Positions 24,922 to 36,943 of a stretch of DNA of 64,000 nt are shown piece by piece. The first letter of the stretch is position 1; every line of letters begins with the position of its first letter. Source of the stretch: Orbicella franksi (taxonomy: Eukaryota); contig OZ116710.1 of assembly GCA_964199315.1 (NCBI GenBank), forward strand, positions 16,554,001 through 16,618,000. The letters are read 5' to 3'. The position numbers and the translations under genes were made by a program. The notes beneath the pieces were generated by a model that was given only the letters and a program-made list of their open reading frames with translations, searched no databases and was not told the DNA's origin.

Positions 24922-26640
24922 ATCTCGAGACGAAACATCCATTCCTATAGAAAGGCTTATAATTGGACGGTGATAAATTGCTAAATTATATATTGCGGGT
25001 TTCTGTTAATTTCTCTAAGTGTATTTTCTTTTGTCCGTTTGCTGATGTTAAATAAATGGTAGAAAGATTGACAAAAATGTCGTTGCTTGTCTGTTTTTTA
25101 TTCTAGTTTTACAAATTGAATAACGCACCTATGAAAATTACAAAATATACCAAATGTTTCCACTAAGTTTGCCAGATTAAAAAGTTTATAAAAACGAAGG
25201 TTGATGACCTCAATACGCATATTTAAGTTGCAGTTTAAAAAGCTTTACAGAAAACACTTTTTGAGTGGTAGGTGTTTTTGACAGTATACTTATTACATCG
25301 CCAGTTGCTCGAAAAGTTATTTCATAACCTTCGTATGCTATATTTGCAGATTTTAGTTAATAGGACTAGTACTTTGCTATTTTTTCGGAAATTAATTGCA
25401 AGGTTTAGATCAAATATTAAGAAAATGGAATGAACTCAAATAAATTATGTTGAGCTTTGTTTTTTTTATTTCGCTTATTTTCCGTTGAGTAGCTGTGAGA
25501 TTGCATCAGCTGTTGAGGAAGAAAAAAACATATCTTTTACGCCCTTAGGCGCGGGAAATAAACACAATTTTAGCTGCAATCATGTAACACTGTTCCTTTA
25601 ATTAGGTTAAATCACGAAAGATAACAAACGTTTTCATGATAACTACATAATATGCCATATTATACTTATTATGCCGTATTGTACGGTACTTTTTTTTTTC
25701 GTGCTCCATTACCCCTTGCCGTTCAAGGATGGGATTGCCCCGACTTCGATTTTGAAATAATAACTTTTGCACTGAGAAATGCATGTAATTGTTGTGGTCC
25801 AAACAGAGAAAAAAAAAACAAAACAAAAACAAAAAAAAAAAAAACAGTGGAATTCCAGAATTTTGGAACCTCTATGGAAAACGAAAATAGGTTTACAAAA
25901 TTTTTTAATTTGAGAAATCGGGATAAAATTACAAACTTATGTTTGAAAACACTCTTATTTTGTTTTCAAGGATACAAAGAATAGATTCGCGCCTTCCCAT
26001 ATGTTGCTCCGTAATGTAACATTCATATCTATTCAATTTTGAAATAATTACTTTTGTGCAGTAAAATGACAATATTTCTGTCCAGGATAGAAAAATAGAA
26101 AATTATGGGGTTAACATTATCCCTCCTTTTAAAATGTTCTTTAAACCTGTTTTATTTTTCTTCAGTTTGAATAAATTTCTATTTTGTTGTCTACACCGAA
26201 TAATTAAACAAATCCCACCTCATCAGAATTAAACAAGGACAACAAAATTGAAACATTTTTAGCTCAATAAAGTTTCAAACTGGAAAGCACGCTTCCATGT
26301 CTTTTTCACAGCTAATGAAAAGTCTGTCTTTTGCGTCGTTTTCGTAGATTTTCTTTGATTTTATCACAGCGGTGATTCTTCATACCCGCCATGCGACTCT
26401 GCTCGCCTTGTCGGATCGTGTTCATCGTCCAAAGTCTGATTTCCTTGTCCCACCTTAAAATTACCGTTGCCTTCGATCTGTCTTGGTCCAAAGATTTCCT
26501 TTTCCAACTCTTCAGCTTGTGAAATAGTTTTTCTTGACGACAACTGAATGAGAGCTACGCGAAAATGTCTTATTTGAAATCGTAAAACATCGGATCAAAT
26601 AACGATCGACTTCAAAACTGGCAATAAAGTAACCCAAGTA

Positions 26641-26805
26641 GATGGTGATGGCCGCGACAGAGCCAAAGGTGACCAGCGCATCCCGGGGAAGACTGAACCA
26701 CAGGGACCTCCAGGAATCCCTGGTATCAATGTAAATAATCGCGCCAAAGGAGAACTTAGAGTTAAGGGCCCTCCCGGCCAAAAGGGAGAGAGTGGAACTA
26801 GTAGA
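26641..26805 (+). pseudogene. CTHRC1: CTHRC1-like copy 7: degenerate collagen-exon fragment
   Basis: gatggccgcgacagagccaaaggtgaccag...gggccctcccggccaaaaggg aligns to exon 2 of copies 1-3, with Gly substitutions and indels; no flanking exons. Confidence 0.7.
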
Positions 26806-29570
26806 ATCGTCTTGTCATGAGGAATGGCCGAGATATTTTTGTGTTCTGTTCGTTTTGGTTTCTTGTTGTTTTGTTTGTTCCCTCTTTTTCTGCGCTGTTA
26901 TCCTTATAATGTTTTGATCACAACGTAACGCCGAGAACAGCATGAGAAAAACAAAAATAGAGAACAACCTAAGGTTTCATTGTGTTTCAATTGAGCTAAG
27001 CAAAACGAAAGAAAGGGTCCTTGCATGTTTATTATTTTTTATTTTTCAGTTTTTTTTTCATTCTGATTTTAGACATAAAAGCAAGGAAATAATGAGTAAA
27101 AAGACAGTAGCAAGCTAAAAATAACCGATTAACTGATTAGAAACTCGACGGCAAGTGTGTTAAATAGAGAACAAGCCAGTTTCATCGTCTTACGATTGAA
27201 CAAAACAAAACAAAAGAAATGCATGTATAAAAGATGAATGATAAGAAAGTGGATCCCAAGCATGTCGACCATATTCCTAAGGCAATCATTCTCACGTTAT
27301 TTTTAAATGGCATTCCCGATTTGGGAAGAGGGTTTTACTAGAAGGGTCTATAAAATGCTAATCTTGCGACATGGATCATCTGGAAACGTGGATAACTGAA
27401 GCGGAAACATCGACACAACTAGTCCGCAGTAAACTTTCCCGCCAGAAAGCTCTGAGTCACGTGACTTGAAGATTTGGGAGAACATTTCTCAAATCTTTTG
27501 TTTAATCAAATTCTACTCCTGCAAAGTAACGGTTCTTCTGTTCGAGGTCATATATTCGTGTTTGTTAACGATGAGGCAACTGTCAGACTTGTGACTAAAC
27601 ATATTTCGTCCATCTTACCAACTAAAGTAACGTACACTTCCTGTGTATTATGCTTTGGGTCGTTCGCGCCGAAATCTTCTAGCGTTCGGTTTTCTTTTTA
27701 AATCCTTTGCCACAGAAAGCTAAAAGGTAAAATAAAAGAACGTCACAGCTCTTGTTTCGGAGGTAAAATTAATTTTTATAGGATAGTGCTGCGTTTTATT
27801 AAGAGCTTTGGTCATGGGCGCGACATCCGCTTTATTGCTTTCAGTATTGAGTATTACTTTGAGTATTTAAGCCATGACATTTTCTCACGTAGTACATTTT
27901 GTTTACAATAAATGCTAAGCAACAAAGACGTTTAAAATAGACTGCCATATCACAGGGTAAACTGATGATGAACAACCACCAATCATCTGGAAGCTACGAA
28001 CTCAGTAAATGGAGTAAAAAGTTTTAATCTTTAGTCGTGCTCTGACAAGAATCTCACAAGATCAAACAAGCGTTGAAATTAAGAAAATATCTTGCAACGC
28101 ATCTAGTCTAGCTCTTCATTTCGTTTGTGTTTGCGATAAGAGATCAGACAAAAGCGAAGCCTCATGAATTGTAAGTTAATTAAGTTGTAACCTTTTTTTT
28201 CTTGTCGTCTTCTTCTTCTTGTAGTCTTCTTTTGGTTTGACCTCTGATTTAACTTCTATTACAGACTCGGCAGTCGACTTTGGGGAATATCTTCATCAAT
28301 ATTAAGGTAAACATTACGTTAGTAAGAAAAGGACTAAATTTAGCTGCATATGTCACTGTCTCCCCTCTAGTACACTAGTTTTTCAAATTTACTTTTACTG
28401 CCCTCTAAATATATATAATTATAAATTACGACGGGGTTATTAATCATGACTAACTACGTTCTGTTACTGTGAGATTTCCCATTGGATATGAGTATAACAT
28501 ACGACGCAAATTTAGTTTAGCTGAGTGGCATGGTTCTCTTGAATGCACGGGGATACTTTTGTTGACGTAAAACACGTAAAGCCATGTGGAACCATCACTT
28601 GAAAGTAAATGAAGGTGTATAAATTTCTTGGCGTGGATTTTAAATGAAAGTTATACGCGGGTACAGTCACACGAAGGTGAAATGCAATACGAACGAGGGC
28701 ATTCAGTAGAGATTTCGGTGAAAGTGCGATCTTCGTAAAAAAGAAAGGAACAATTTTAACTTTCACTCAGCACAGGTCTTGTGCACGGGACACAAATTTG
28801 CTGCTTTCCTTTGGTCTTCTCCTTTTCACTCATTTTTTTTATACTTCTTCTATTTGTCTCTTTATTTCCATCTGTCCAGCTAAAAGCTTGTCATTGTAAT
28901 GATGCGTGTTTGGGCCAGATTGATCACCGATTTTGTATTGTCATAAGTTCACGGCTGACTTCTCCTCCATAACATATTTACGGTTTCGCACTACACATTA
29001 ATTGCTGCTTTTAAAAGTTACCTTAAAGCTTGTGAAGCAATAATTAATGCATATCCATAAAATGACCTTGAGGTCTACCAATTTTGTTATCACAACAGCT
29101 TATACCCTGGGACAAATAAAACTTGCTTCAACCTGCAAATTATATACTTGAGAGGGCAAATTATGTTACCTAAGAATAACACAGTTTCATATTAGAATTT
29201 TTTGGGCAGTAAAACGACCTGAACCTTGTACTTTTTGTGGAAAACTGATATTTTAGACTTTTCAGAACTTCATCGATGTTGTCATTTTCAAGTGGTCATG
29301 TCATAATTCTTTAAATGTTGGCATGGTCCGTGCGCCAAGTTGTCTTAGCTGATAAATGCTTTCGATGAGTGACATTTTAAGGAACAGCTTTGAAGAATAC
29401 TAAAATGGTGTTTATCATGTCATCGGTAACTACCTATGTAAGCGAAGTCAAAACTAAACACCCCTCCCCCCCTCCCCCCGAGTTCGCACACACAAGCTAA
29501 TTTTAATGTATATTCTAATCCACAGGTCACTGAAATCGTAAATCCTTTGAGAGAAGTACAGCTCACCATC

Positions 29571-31514
29571 ATGTTAAGTTTATTGATTATTTTGCTGGCG
29601 ACAATCTGTATTGCCACGGGAAACCTTGACAGCAAACAAACCGGAGGTCAAACCACGGTACAGCCAGATACTGAAATAGCACTGTTATGTACTATTACTT
29701 CAGTTTACTTCACTTAATCATTTCTGCGTTCAAAGAGCCATAACAAACAGCTGTCGTGTCCCTTAACTGTATGTTATAAGAAAATTGTAAGAAATTAAAG
29801 ACGGTGCAAGATTTCGCGGAACTGGCCCCCAATCACAGTGTTATAGGTTGAAACCATTTCAGACCAAAGGGGAGATTGGAGCGTAAATATACCTACAGTA
29901 GTTCACATGATACAACGGCTCTTTACAGTGTAACTTATAAGAGCACAAAGACTATTAATATGCACTGTTAGCTCCTTAACGTGTATGCGTCGTTTTATTC
30001 AAAGCCATCTTCCGTCTGCTGCGCATGTCAGCCTGGCACACATGGCAAGCCTGGTACCCCAGGGATACCCGGGCGGGATGGACGTGATGGTCGTGACGGA
30101 AATCAGGGACCTACGGGAATGATTGGACCAGTAGGACCTCCAGGACTGCAAGGAACAAAGGGACAAACTGGTGCCCAGGGGCCGAGCGGACCAAAAGGGG
30201 AGCGCGGGGATGTGGCACCTGGTCTGATGTCTTATAAGAATTGGAAAGAGTGCGCATGGAAAGACTTGAATGCAGGCCAAGATAACGGTCTGATCAAGGT
30301 GATTAATTTTTGTAGAATGCACAAAGCTTTTATTTTATACCAGATAATAACACACAGCTTTCTCAAGCTCATTGAGCACGAGTTAGCGTTGTTTTGAGAT
30401 AGTTTTGCAATGAGTATTTGTTTAAAAACTGGGGAACCGTAGCCAAGTCAAAACATATTAAGTTTGTAAAAAAGCGTTCACTGGCTATACAAAGTCAAAA
30501 CTTTCGAGCTTTAGGCTGACAGACTACAGCCTTCGTTGGATAAATTAAAATGGAAAAAAAGGACGACTACAAATATATACATGTACCAAAAACAAGTGGG
30601 GCTATAAAAAGAACATATCAAAATGGAAAAAATATGTGTCAATAAACTAATTGTTCTTTTTTAAAAGAATAGAATATTGATCGGGGAGCGGCCTTGAATT
30701 GTTATCTTTATGATTTATCAAAGCGGTGTGCCATGATTCTAGCGTCTTGCGGATACAGAAAGAACCCTTGTCAATCACTTGAAATTATTCAAGTCAATAG
30801 AGTAATTTGAAGGTCAAGCGTGTTAGCGATGTTGGAGCCTCTTTCCAAAGTCTTCATAATCCTCATGTGTTCCTTTTTCCTTGTTTCAAAGCATCTGCCA
30901 CTCTCCCCTGCGTACCTCCATGGACAGTCGGCGCAAAATATTTTGTAAAGAACACCACCCATTTTATCCATCGTGTTCATCTGTTTTTCAATTCCGTGGT
31001 TGATTTAGAGCACGTAAGCGATTTCAGCAAGTTTTAATTTCTCTCTATCACTCTAAAATACAGAAAAGATGTATAATTATCGTTGAGTGAAAGCTTTTAC
31101 TTGTAAATGATCAGTTATCGATTTCTTTCATTTTTATTCTCTTTCCATTCTGTACAGGAGTGTCTGTTCAACAAGAACTTCTCTGACACTTCCCTCCATG
31201 TTTACTGGACTGGTACTCTTAGAATCTACAGCTGTGACAACTGCTGCAAACGCTGGTATTTCACTTTTAACGGCGCTGAATGTTCGGGCCCCCTTCTAAT
31301 TGATGGTATTGTGTACATGGGGAAAGGAAATGGTCAAAATCCCCATCGCGTCCGGCATATTGAGGGGCACTGTAACAACATCCATAATGGCGAGGTGCGC
31401 GTGGGATTCTGGGTCGGTAATTGTGCCGGATTCAGTGGAAGTTATAACGCCCACACTGGATACAAATCAGTGTCCCGAATCTTTATTGAAGAAGTTCCTA
31501 ATCCCCAGGCTTAA
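29571..31514 (+). CDS. CTHRC1: CTHRC1-like protein, copy 8 (divergent subtype), complete (exons 29571-29657, 30005-30298, 31158-31514; ~245 aa)
   Basis: Exon 1 [29 protein letters not shown] then GT; exon 2 [10 protein letters not shown] plus 20 Gly-X-Y triplets and NWKECAW; intact head exon; phase-0 junctions. Confidence 0.85.
30410..31000 (-). mobile_element. 5'-truncated Penelope-like retroelement remnant (GIY-YIG endonuclease) in intron 2 of copy 8
   Basis: The minus ORF 30789-30980 reads [30 protein letters not shown], matching the Penelope GIY-YIG pattern (VYkIpC..C...YIGETgR.L..R.kEH). A frameshifted continuation reads RKTLESWH. The homologous intron of copy 6 lacks it. Confidence 0.75.
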
Positions 31515-34500
31515 TTCTTGACACAGAACATCCATTCCTGCATAAAGGCTTATAATGGGACGGAGATAAGTTACCTAATTATACAACGCGGGGTTTCTGT
31601 GATTACTGGGAATCTCTCTTTATTTTTTTCACGTCTGCTGATATAAAATAAATGACAGGAAGAGTGACAAAGAGATCTCCGCTTGTCTTACTTTGTTTGT
31701 CTAAGATTACTAAATACGCCAAAGTTTTTTACTATTTTTCGCAAATCGAAAAGTTTTCAAAAAATGTAAAATCATTATAAAATTTCCAAAAATTGTTGAG
31801 TACACAAAGGAGTCATATGCAGGGAAGTCCACGTGACCACGAATTTTACAAAAGTTGCAAAGATGACGGTTATAGAAAATCCAAAAAACACCCCTAAGGA
31901 AAAGCACAAGCTCAATCACATCCCGCAATCAGGTACTAGCCGGAATAATGTCGAATGAGATAGAAAGAAGGCCTTTACGAGAACAGCTGCCAACGGGCAA
32001 TTGTGCCGGGAGGGGCAAAGGAGCTGAAGGAAATCAATGTTAAAAGGCCGAAACGGAAAATGTTTAAAAGCAATAATAGCAAGAAAAACTGAAGAGAAAA
32101 AGGAAAGATGCTAAGAGTGCAACAACTGCAGTACCAGTGACACTCCAGTTCACTAACTTGAGACAAAATTTAAAACAGTATGATCGCCAATCATTTCTAG
32201 GAATATGATTTTAACTTTGAAAGTTCTTTCTTATCCCATATCCGGTTTTTCGATTTGTTAAAATAAGCTTTTAACAAATGCGAAAACAAGGCATTAGACT
32301 AACCAAGGATGACTTCGGTGATTCTGCTGCTATTTTATACATGTATACAACATAGACATCGAGCCAATTTTATACAGTTTTTGAACTTATTAACTTGGTT
32401 TTCATTTCCCAATGCACTCATTTGAGCTAAGCATTGAAACCGGCTTGTTAAAACTATAATCGCCTAAGAGTTTGAAGAGAAAGTAAAGTATAGAAATTGC
32501 GATAAATTAAGTCCCTGAACTTGACGTCAAAGCTCGCATAGTTATTACTTTCAAGAAAAAGACTGGACCCCGTGCCCGGTGAGACTGTTAACAGCAGCCC
32601 TTTTCTCGGCGTAGGGTCTGACGAGTGTTTCACGCTATCGGCAAACGCATAAGGCCAAAACAGGACGGTTATCCATTTTAGGCTGAAACGTCTCGCCTCA
32701 TAATCCTTGCCAAAGTTCGAGAGAATGGCAGATTGCCAGCAGTCTATGTCTGGTAAGTTTCAAAGTCTTTATCGCCTGCGGCATATCAAATCGCAAAACA
32801 GTCGCCTTGCTGGCCCACTCTGCTTCATCTTATTACTTTTTCAATGCTGTAACGAATTATGGCTATGCAGATAAAGCTTGTGGTTATAGATTACTTGATT
32901 AAATAGACGAAAGGGCCGTGTGCGTCACATAGAAAGAGCTAAATTCCAAAAAAAAAATGTGACGGTTTTACAAAATTGGTTTTGTATGAGAACCATATGC
33001 AAAGAAACTCCAACTGACCAGGAACTTTACAAAATTTTCGAAAATTACAAACATGACCAAAAATGTAAAGAAAAAAAAAAAAAATGCACTGGCTTTAAAG
33101 CTTAAGTGAAAACACGAACCCAACACTTAATTTGTGTTCAGATAAATGATGGAATGAGTCAAATGGAATGGAAAGAAGGCTTTCATTCCTAAGAATTGCT
33201 ATAATTACAATACTTATGATACTGCGCAGATTACCAAGCGACAAAAGAATTCCACAAGGCCAATACAACAATTGGAAAGGCCAAAATATCAAGAAAAAAA
33301 TAAACAGATAAAGAGAATCACCTGAAAGAAGATAGGCTAAAACAATGGAATCAACAATGCGCGATTCAATAAAGGACCTAAAACAATAAAGACCACGAGA
33401 GCAATAACAGTACCAGAGACATTCCAATCCAACCTAAAACGCTTTTTAACCCGCCAAAGCAGGCTTTACTTTTAATCCTGTTTTTATTAAATTATATCAA
33501 GTAAACCTTCATAATTCGCCCCATATCCGAAATTCGCAACTATCTAGATCTGTTTAGTAAGCCAATGACTCTAGAAACGTACTCAGGCTAAATATGGAAT
33601 GACAGCGTTCACTTCCAAATGGAAATATGAAAAATTAGCCGTCGTCGTTCGCGTTCCTCAGACTACGTAAAACGTAGTCATTGTCTACTTGCACAAATCC
33701 CATAACACACCTCTTTTAACCCCAAATTTTGCGTAATCATTGTGGGCAATTTCTCCTGGGACATGAAGATGTCCCAAGAAAAATCTAAGACAATGCCTAT
33801 GCAAATTCTTTGGGGGTAAAAGAGGTGTATTATGAAATTTGTGCAAGTAGAGAATTCCACGTTCTTGATTTGCAAAAGACGGCAAAGAAATGTTCAAAGA
33901 TCTATAACACGCGTTCACAGCTATTATTTTGCTAATAAAACCTTTTGTTAGCTGACGTCCTCATTGCCGTCGTCTTCGTCGTCTTGGCTTGCTTGATTTC
34001 CCTTCTACAGGGCGAAGAACGCAAGGATTGTACTGGACTAATTTAGCACGGGCGACATTAAAACTAGAGTGGTTCTCTTGCTATTTCAGTTTAACCCCAC
34101 TCTCCTCCGAAAAGGCTTCAATTTTTTTTTCCGGGTGGGGTATCCACTGAGTAATGTAAGTGCAGGCGCAGGGTTACGGTCCATTCGACTTTGTGCCTGC
34201 ACTAACTTCGCACAGCCGATTTATATAACGAACGTTCGAACCTCTTTGTAAAAGAGAGGTATAACCCATGCATATGTTCGTTTTCAAATGCACACAAATG
34301 ACTTCACAAAGCTGGCTTTCTCGAAATATGTTTGCCTGGGATTTTGGAGAGGAGTCAAAGTAAAGAAATTGTGCAACTTCGTTTCCAGGGTTTTGCCCTT
34401 AGAGATTGGCAGGGGGAACGAGCTTGGAAATTGTGGTAAATAAGCTGAACAAGAGATGTCTGAAACGAGCAGAGTGATTAATTTCAAGAGAAGTACTGCT

Positions 34501-35309
34501 TTATTGTGCTGCCTCATGTAACTGAAGGCATATCCGTACCACGCGGTCGATGATTAAGAGATTAATGATTGACCGTTTTTATACTAGAGGAAGCATTATC
34601 TGTCCAGAAGGATAATGCGTCCTCGCCGTTTTTATACTAAAGACGCATTATCTGTCTGGACGAGCTTGGGCAAACATTTGTAGTTCGTCTGGTTGAGCGT
34701 CTCTAGTATAAAGGCGGGCACAAGATGTATTATGCTTCTAGAGGAACTCTCGAATCTCTCGAAGCGCATCGTTCAAGGCGTATTTCGAAGAATAGTTCGT
34801 TTAGACGCATAATAAGTCTTGTGCGCGTCTTTATGCTGGAGACGCACATCCAAACGAACTACGAATGTTTGCCCAAGCTCGTCAAGACAGATAATGTGTC
34901 TTTAGTATAAAAATGGCAATTAAGGTTAAGTGACTGGTGTGAAGTTTATTTTGCCTGCACTCTATTATATCGCAGAAGATTTCGTCCTGCTTTGCTTATC
35001 TTTGTTCTTTTTTTAAGGATTTATGATCATTCAAATAAACGATTTGCTGTTGTTCCTTGGAATTTGTAAAAAAAGAAGACAAGCGCCTGTGCGTCACAAA
35101 CCATCTCCGTGACGAAAAGCTATTTCGCGTCACGTTTACTCTGAAATCAGTGGCCGCGGCAGCAAATCTTTTATTTCCTCTGATTGTAGATTTAACAGAG
35201 TCGACTTTTCCTTCACAGAAACACCTCAACAACAAGAAGGAATTAGTTAATCCTTAAAGCAAAGACGCACTTGTAGTGTGGAGCTGTTCAGGAAGGGAGA
35301 ACAAAAAAA

Positions 35310-35614
35310 NNNNNNNNNNNNNNNNNNNNNNNNNNNNNNNNNNNNNNNNNNNNNNNNNNNNNNNNNNNNNNNNNNNNNNNNNNNNNNNNNNNNNNNNNNN
35401 NNNNNNNNNNNNNNNNNNNNNNNNNNNNNNNNNNNNNNNNNNNNNNNNNNNNNNNNNNNNNNNNNNNNNNNNNNNNNNNNNNNNNNNNNNNNNNNNNNNN
35501 NNNNNNNNNNNNNNNNNNNNNNNNNNNNNNNNNNNNNNNNNNNNNNNNNNNNNNNNNNNNNNNNNNNNNNNNNNNNNNNNNNNNNNNNNNNNNNNNNNNN
35601 NNNNNNNNNNNNNN
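35310..35614. other. Assembly gap (305 N)
   Basis: Run of N. Confidence 0.99.
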
Positions 35615-35920
35615 GTTGTTCCCTTACAAAGTTTGATCTTCATCTTGGCAATTAGCCATTTGATTCTGGCTTCAACCCTGTTGTCTATCTAAGGAGAAGG
35701 TAAACATGAGATTTTAACAGTTTCTGAAATAAATTTAACTTGCAACCCATTTTTAAGAGCATTACTTTGTGCTTCGCCATCTGTGTTAAGGGAACGCAAA
35801 AAAGAAGCCCGAATGTTCCTCTTAATGTAAACTTGAAAGGTTCACTTTGATTTCCGTCATTCCGAGAAATCCATCTTTTCCGCCATCAATCAAAAAAGAT
35901 TACTATTAGAAGTTATCTTG

Positions 35921-36510
35921 CAAGTTCCCAAGCATCAATCAACTCTTTTATTTTTTGAAGTCGGAAAAGACGGATTTCCCGGATTTCCCGGAGAACTGAC
36001 TTACAGTAATTAAGGGAAGTAATATAATACTACTCTTTATATCTGTAAGTATACTTACAGTAAAAAGGGAAGTATTACTGTAAGTCAGTTTCCCGGGATA
36101 TCCGGAAAATCCGTGGTTTCCACTGTCAAATGTAAGTGTCTTGCATTAATGATTTCATGAACAGTCAATTCATACTGTAAGTTGCCAAGCATTAATCTAC
36201 TCTGCTTTCTGAAGTTGGAAAACACGGATTTTCCGGATTTCCCGGAGAACTGACTTACAGTAATTAAGGGAAGTAATATAATACTTCCTTTTTTTACTGT
36301 AAGTATACTTACAGTAAAAAAGAGAAGTATTATATTACTTCCCCTTATTACTGTAAGTCAGTTCTCCGGGAAATCCGGAAAATCCGTCCTTTCCACCATC
36401 AAATCTAAATGTCTTGCATACTGATTTTATGAGCAGTCACTCCATACTGCAAGTTCCCAAGCATCAATCTATTCTCTTTTTGGAGATGGAAAAGACGGAT
36501 TTTCCGGTTT
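35921..36510. repeat. Tandem array of ~2.3 units (~260-270 bp), each full unit carrying a long palindrome
   Basis: Units start caagttcccaagcatcaatc at ~35921, ~36178 and ~36450. Unit 2 has a 178-bp near-perfect hairpin at 36217-36394 centred on ttactgtaagta|tacttacagtaa. Confidence 0.85.
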
Positions 36511-36943
36511 ACATAGAGAATTGACATATTTATCGAATTTAAGATGTGGAAATGCTTTAAAACATCCTTTAGATTTCTACACTAGTTGCATTCGAAAAAT
36601 CGGAAACCCTGTGGTGCAGAAACGCTTTGAATGAAGATAAAAAGGACAAAGTAATATATATCTGGAGTATTTTTGCCGTAAAGAAAGCCGTTGATTTAAT
36701 ACGTTAAAAATGCTATCTGGTTGCTTGATTACGCGGTACGGACTAATGTGTTCGCCAAAAGGTCAATTAGTTGCGACACTCACAATATCGTAATAACTGG
36801 AATCTATCCGTTGTTAATTCGGTGAAAAGTACGCCGTTATAAAACATTTCTTGTTTCTATTTTAAGAGGATAATATCAGTTTGAGTTGGTTTTGTTCCAA
36901 TGATAACTAGAGCACACCACGATTTTTTTTTTTCAAAGTCCTT

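Noticed and set aside
26300-26640. Minus-strand segment containing YLG, possibly an RTE/LINE remnant
   Set aside because: Only one short motif with frame breaks; cannot be assigned without a search.
28781-28972. Hydrophobic 63-aa ORF as a possible signal-peptide exon
   Set aside because: GTG start in a T-rich tract. A better ATG exon with an in-phase donor exists at 29571-29657.
32609-32700. CTGACGA ... GAAACGTC resembling a second hammerhead
   Set aside because: GAAA does not directly follow a closed stem II, stem III has no room to form, and stem I pairing is poor. At best a decayed motif.
35254-35692. ORFs spanning the N-run
   Set aside because: Artefacts of the assembly gap.
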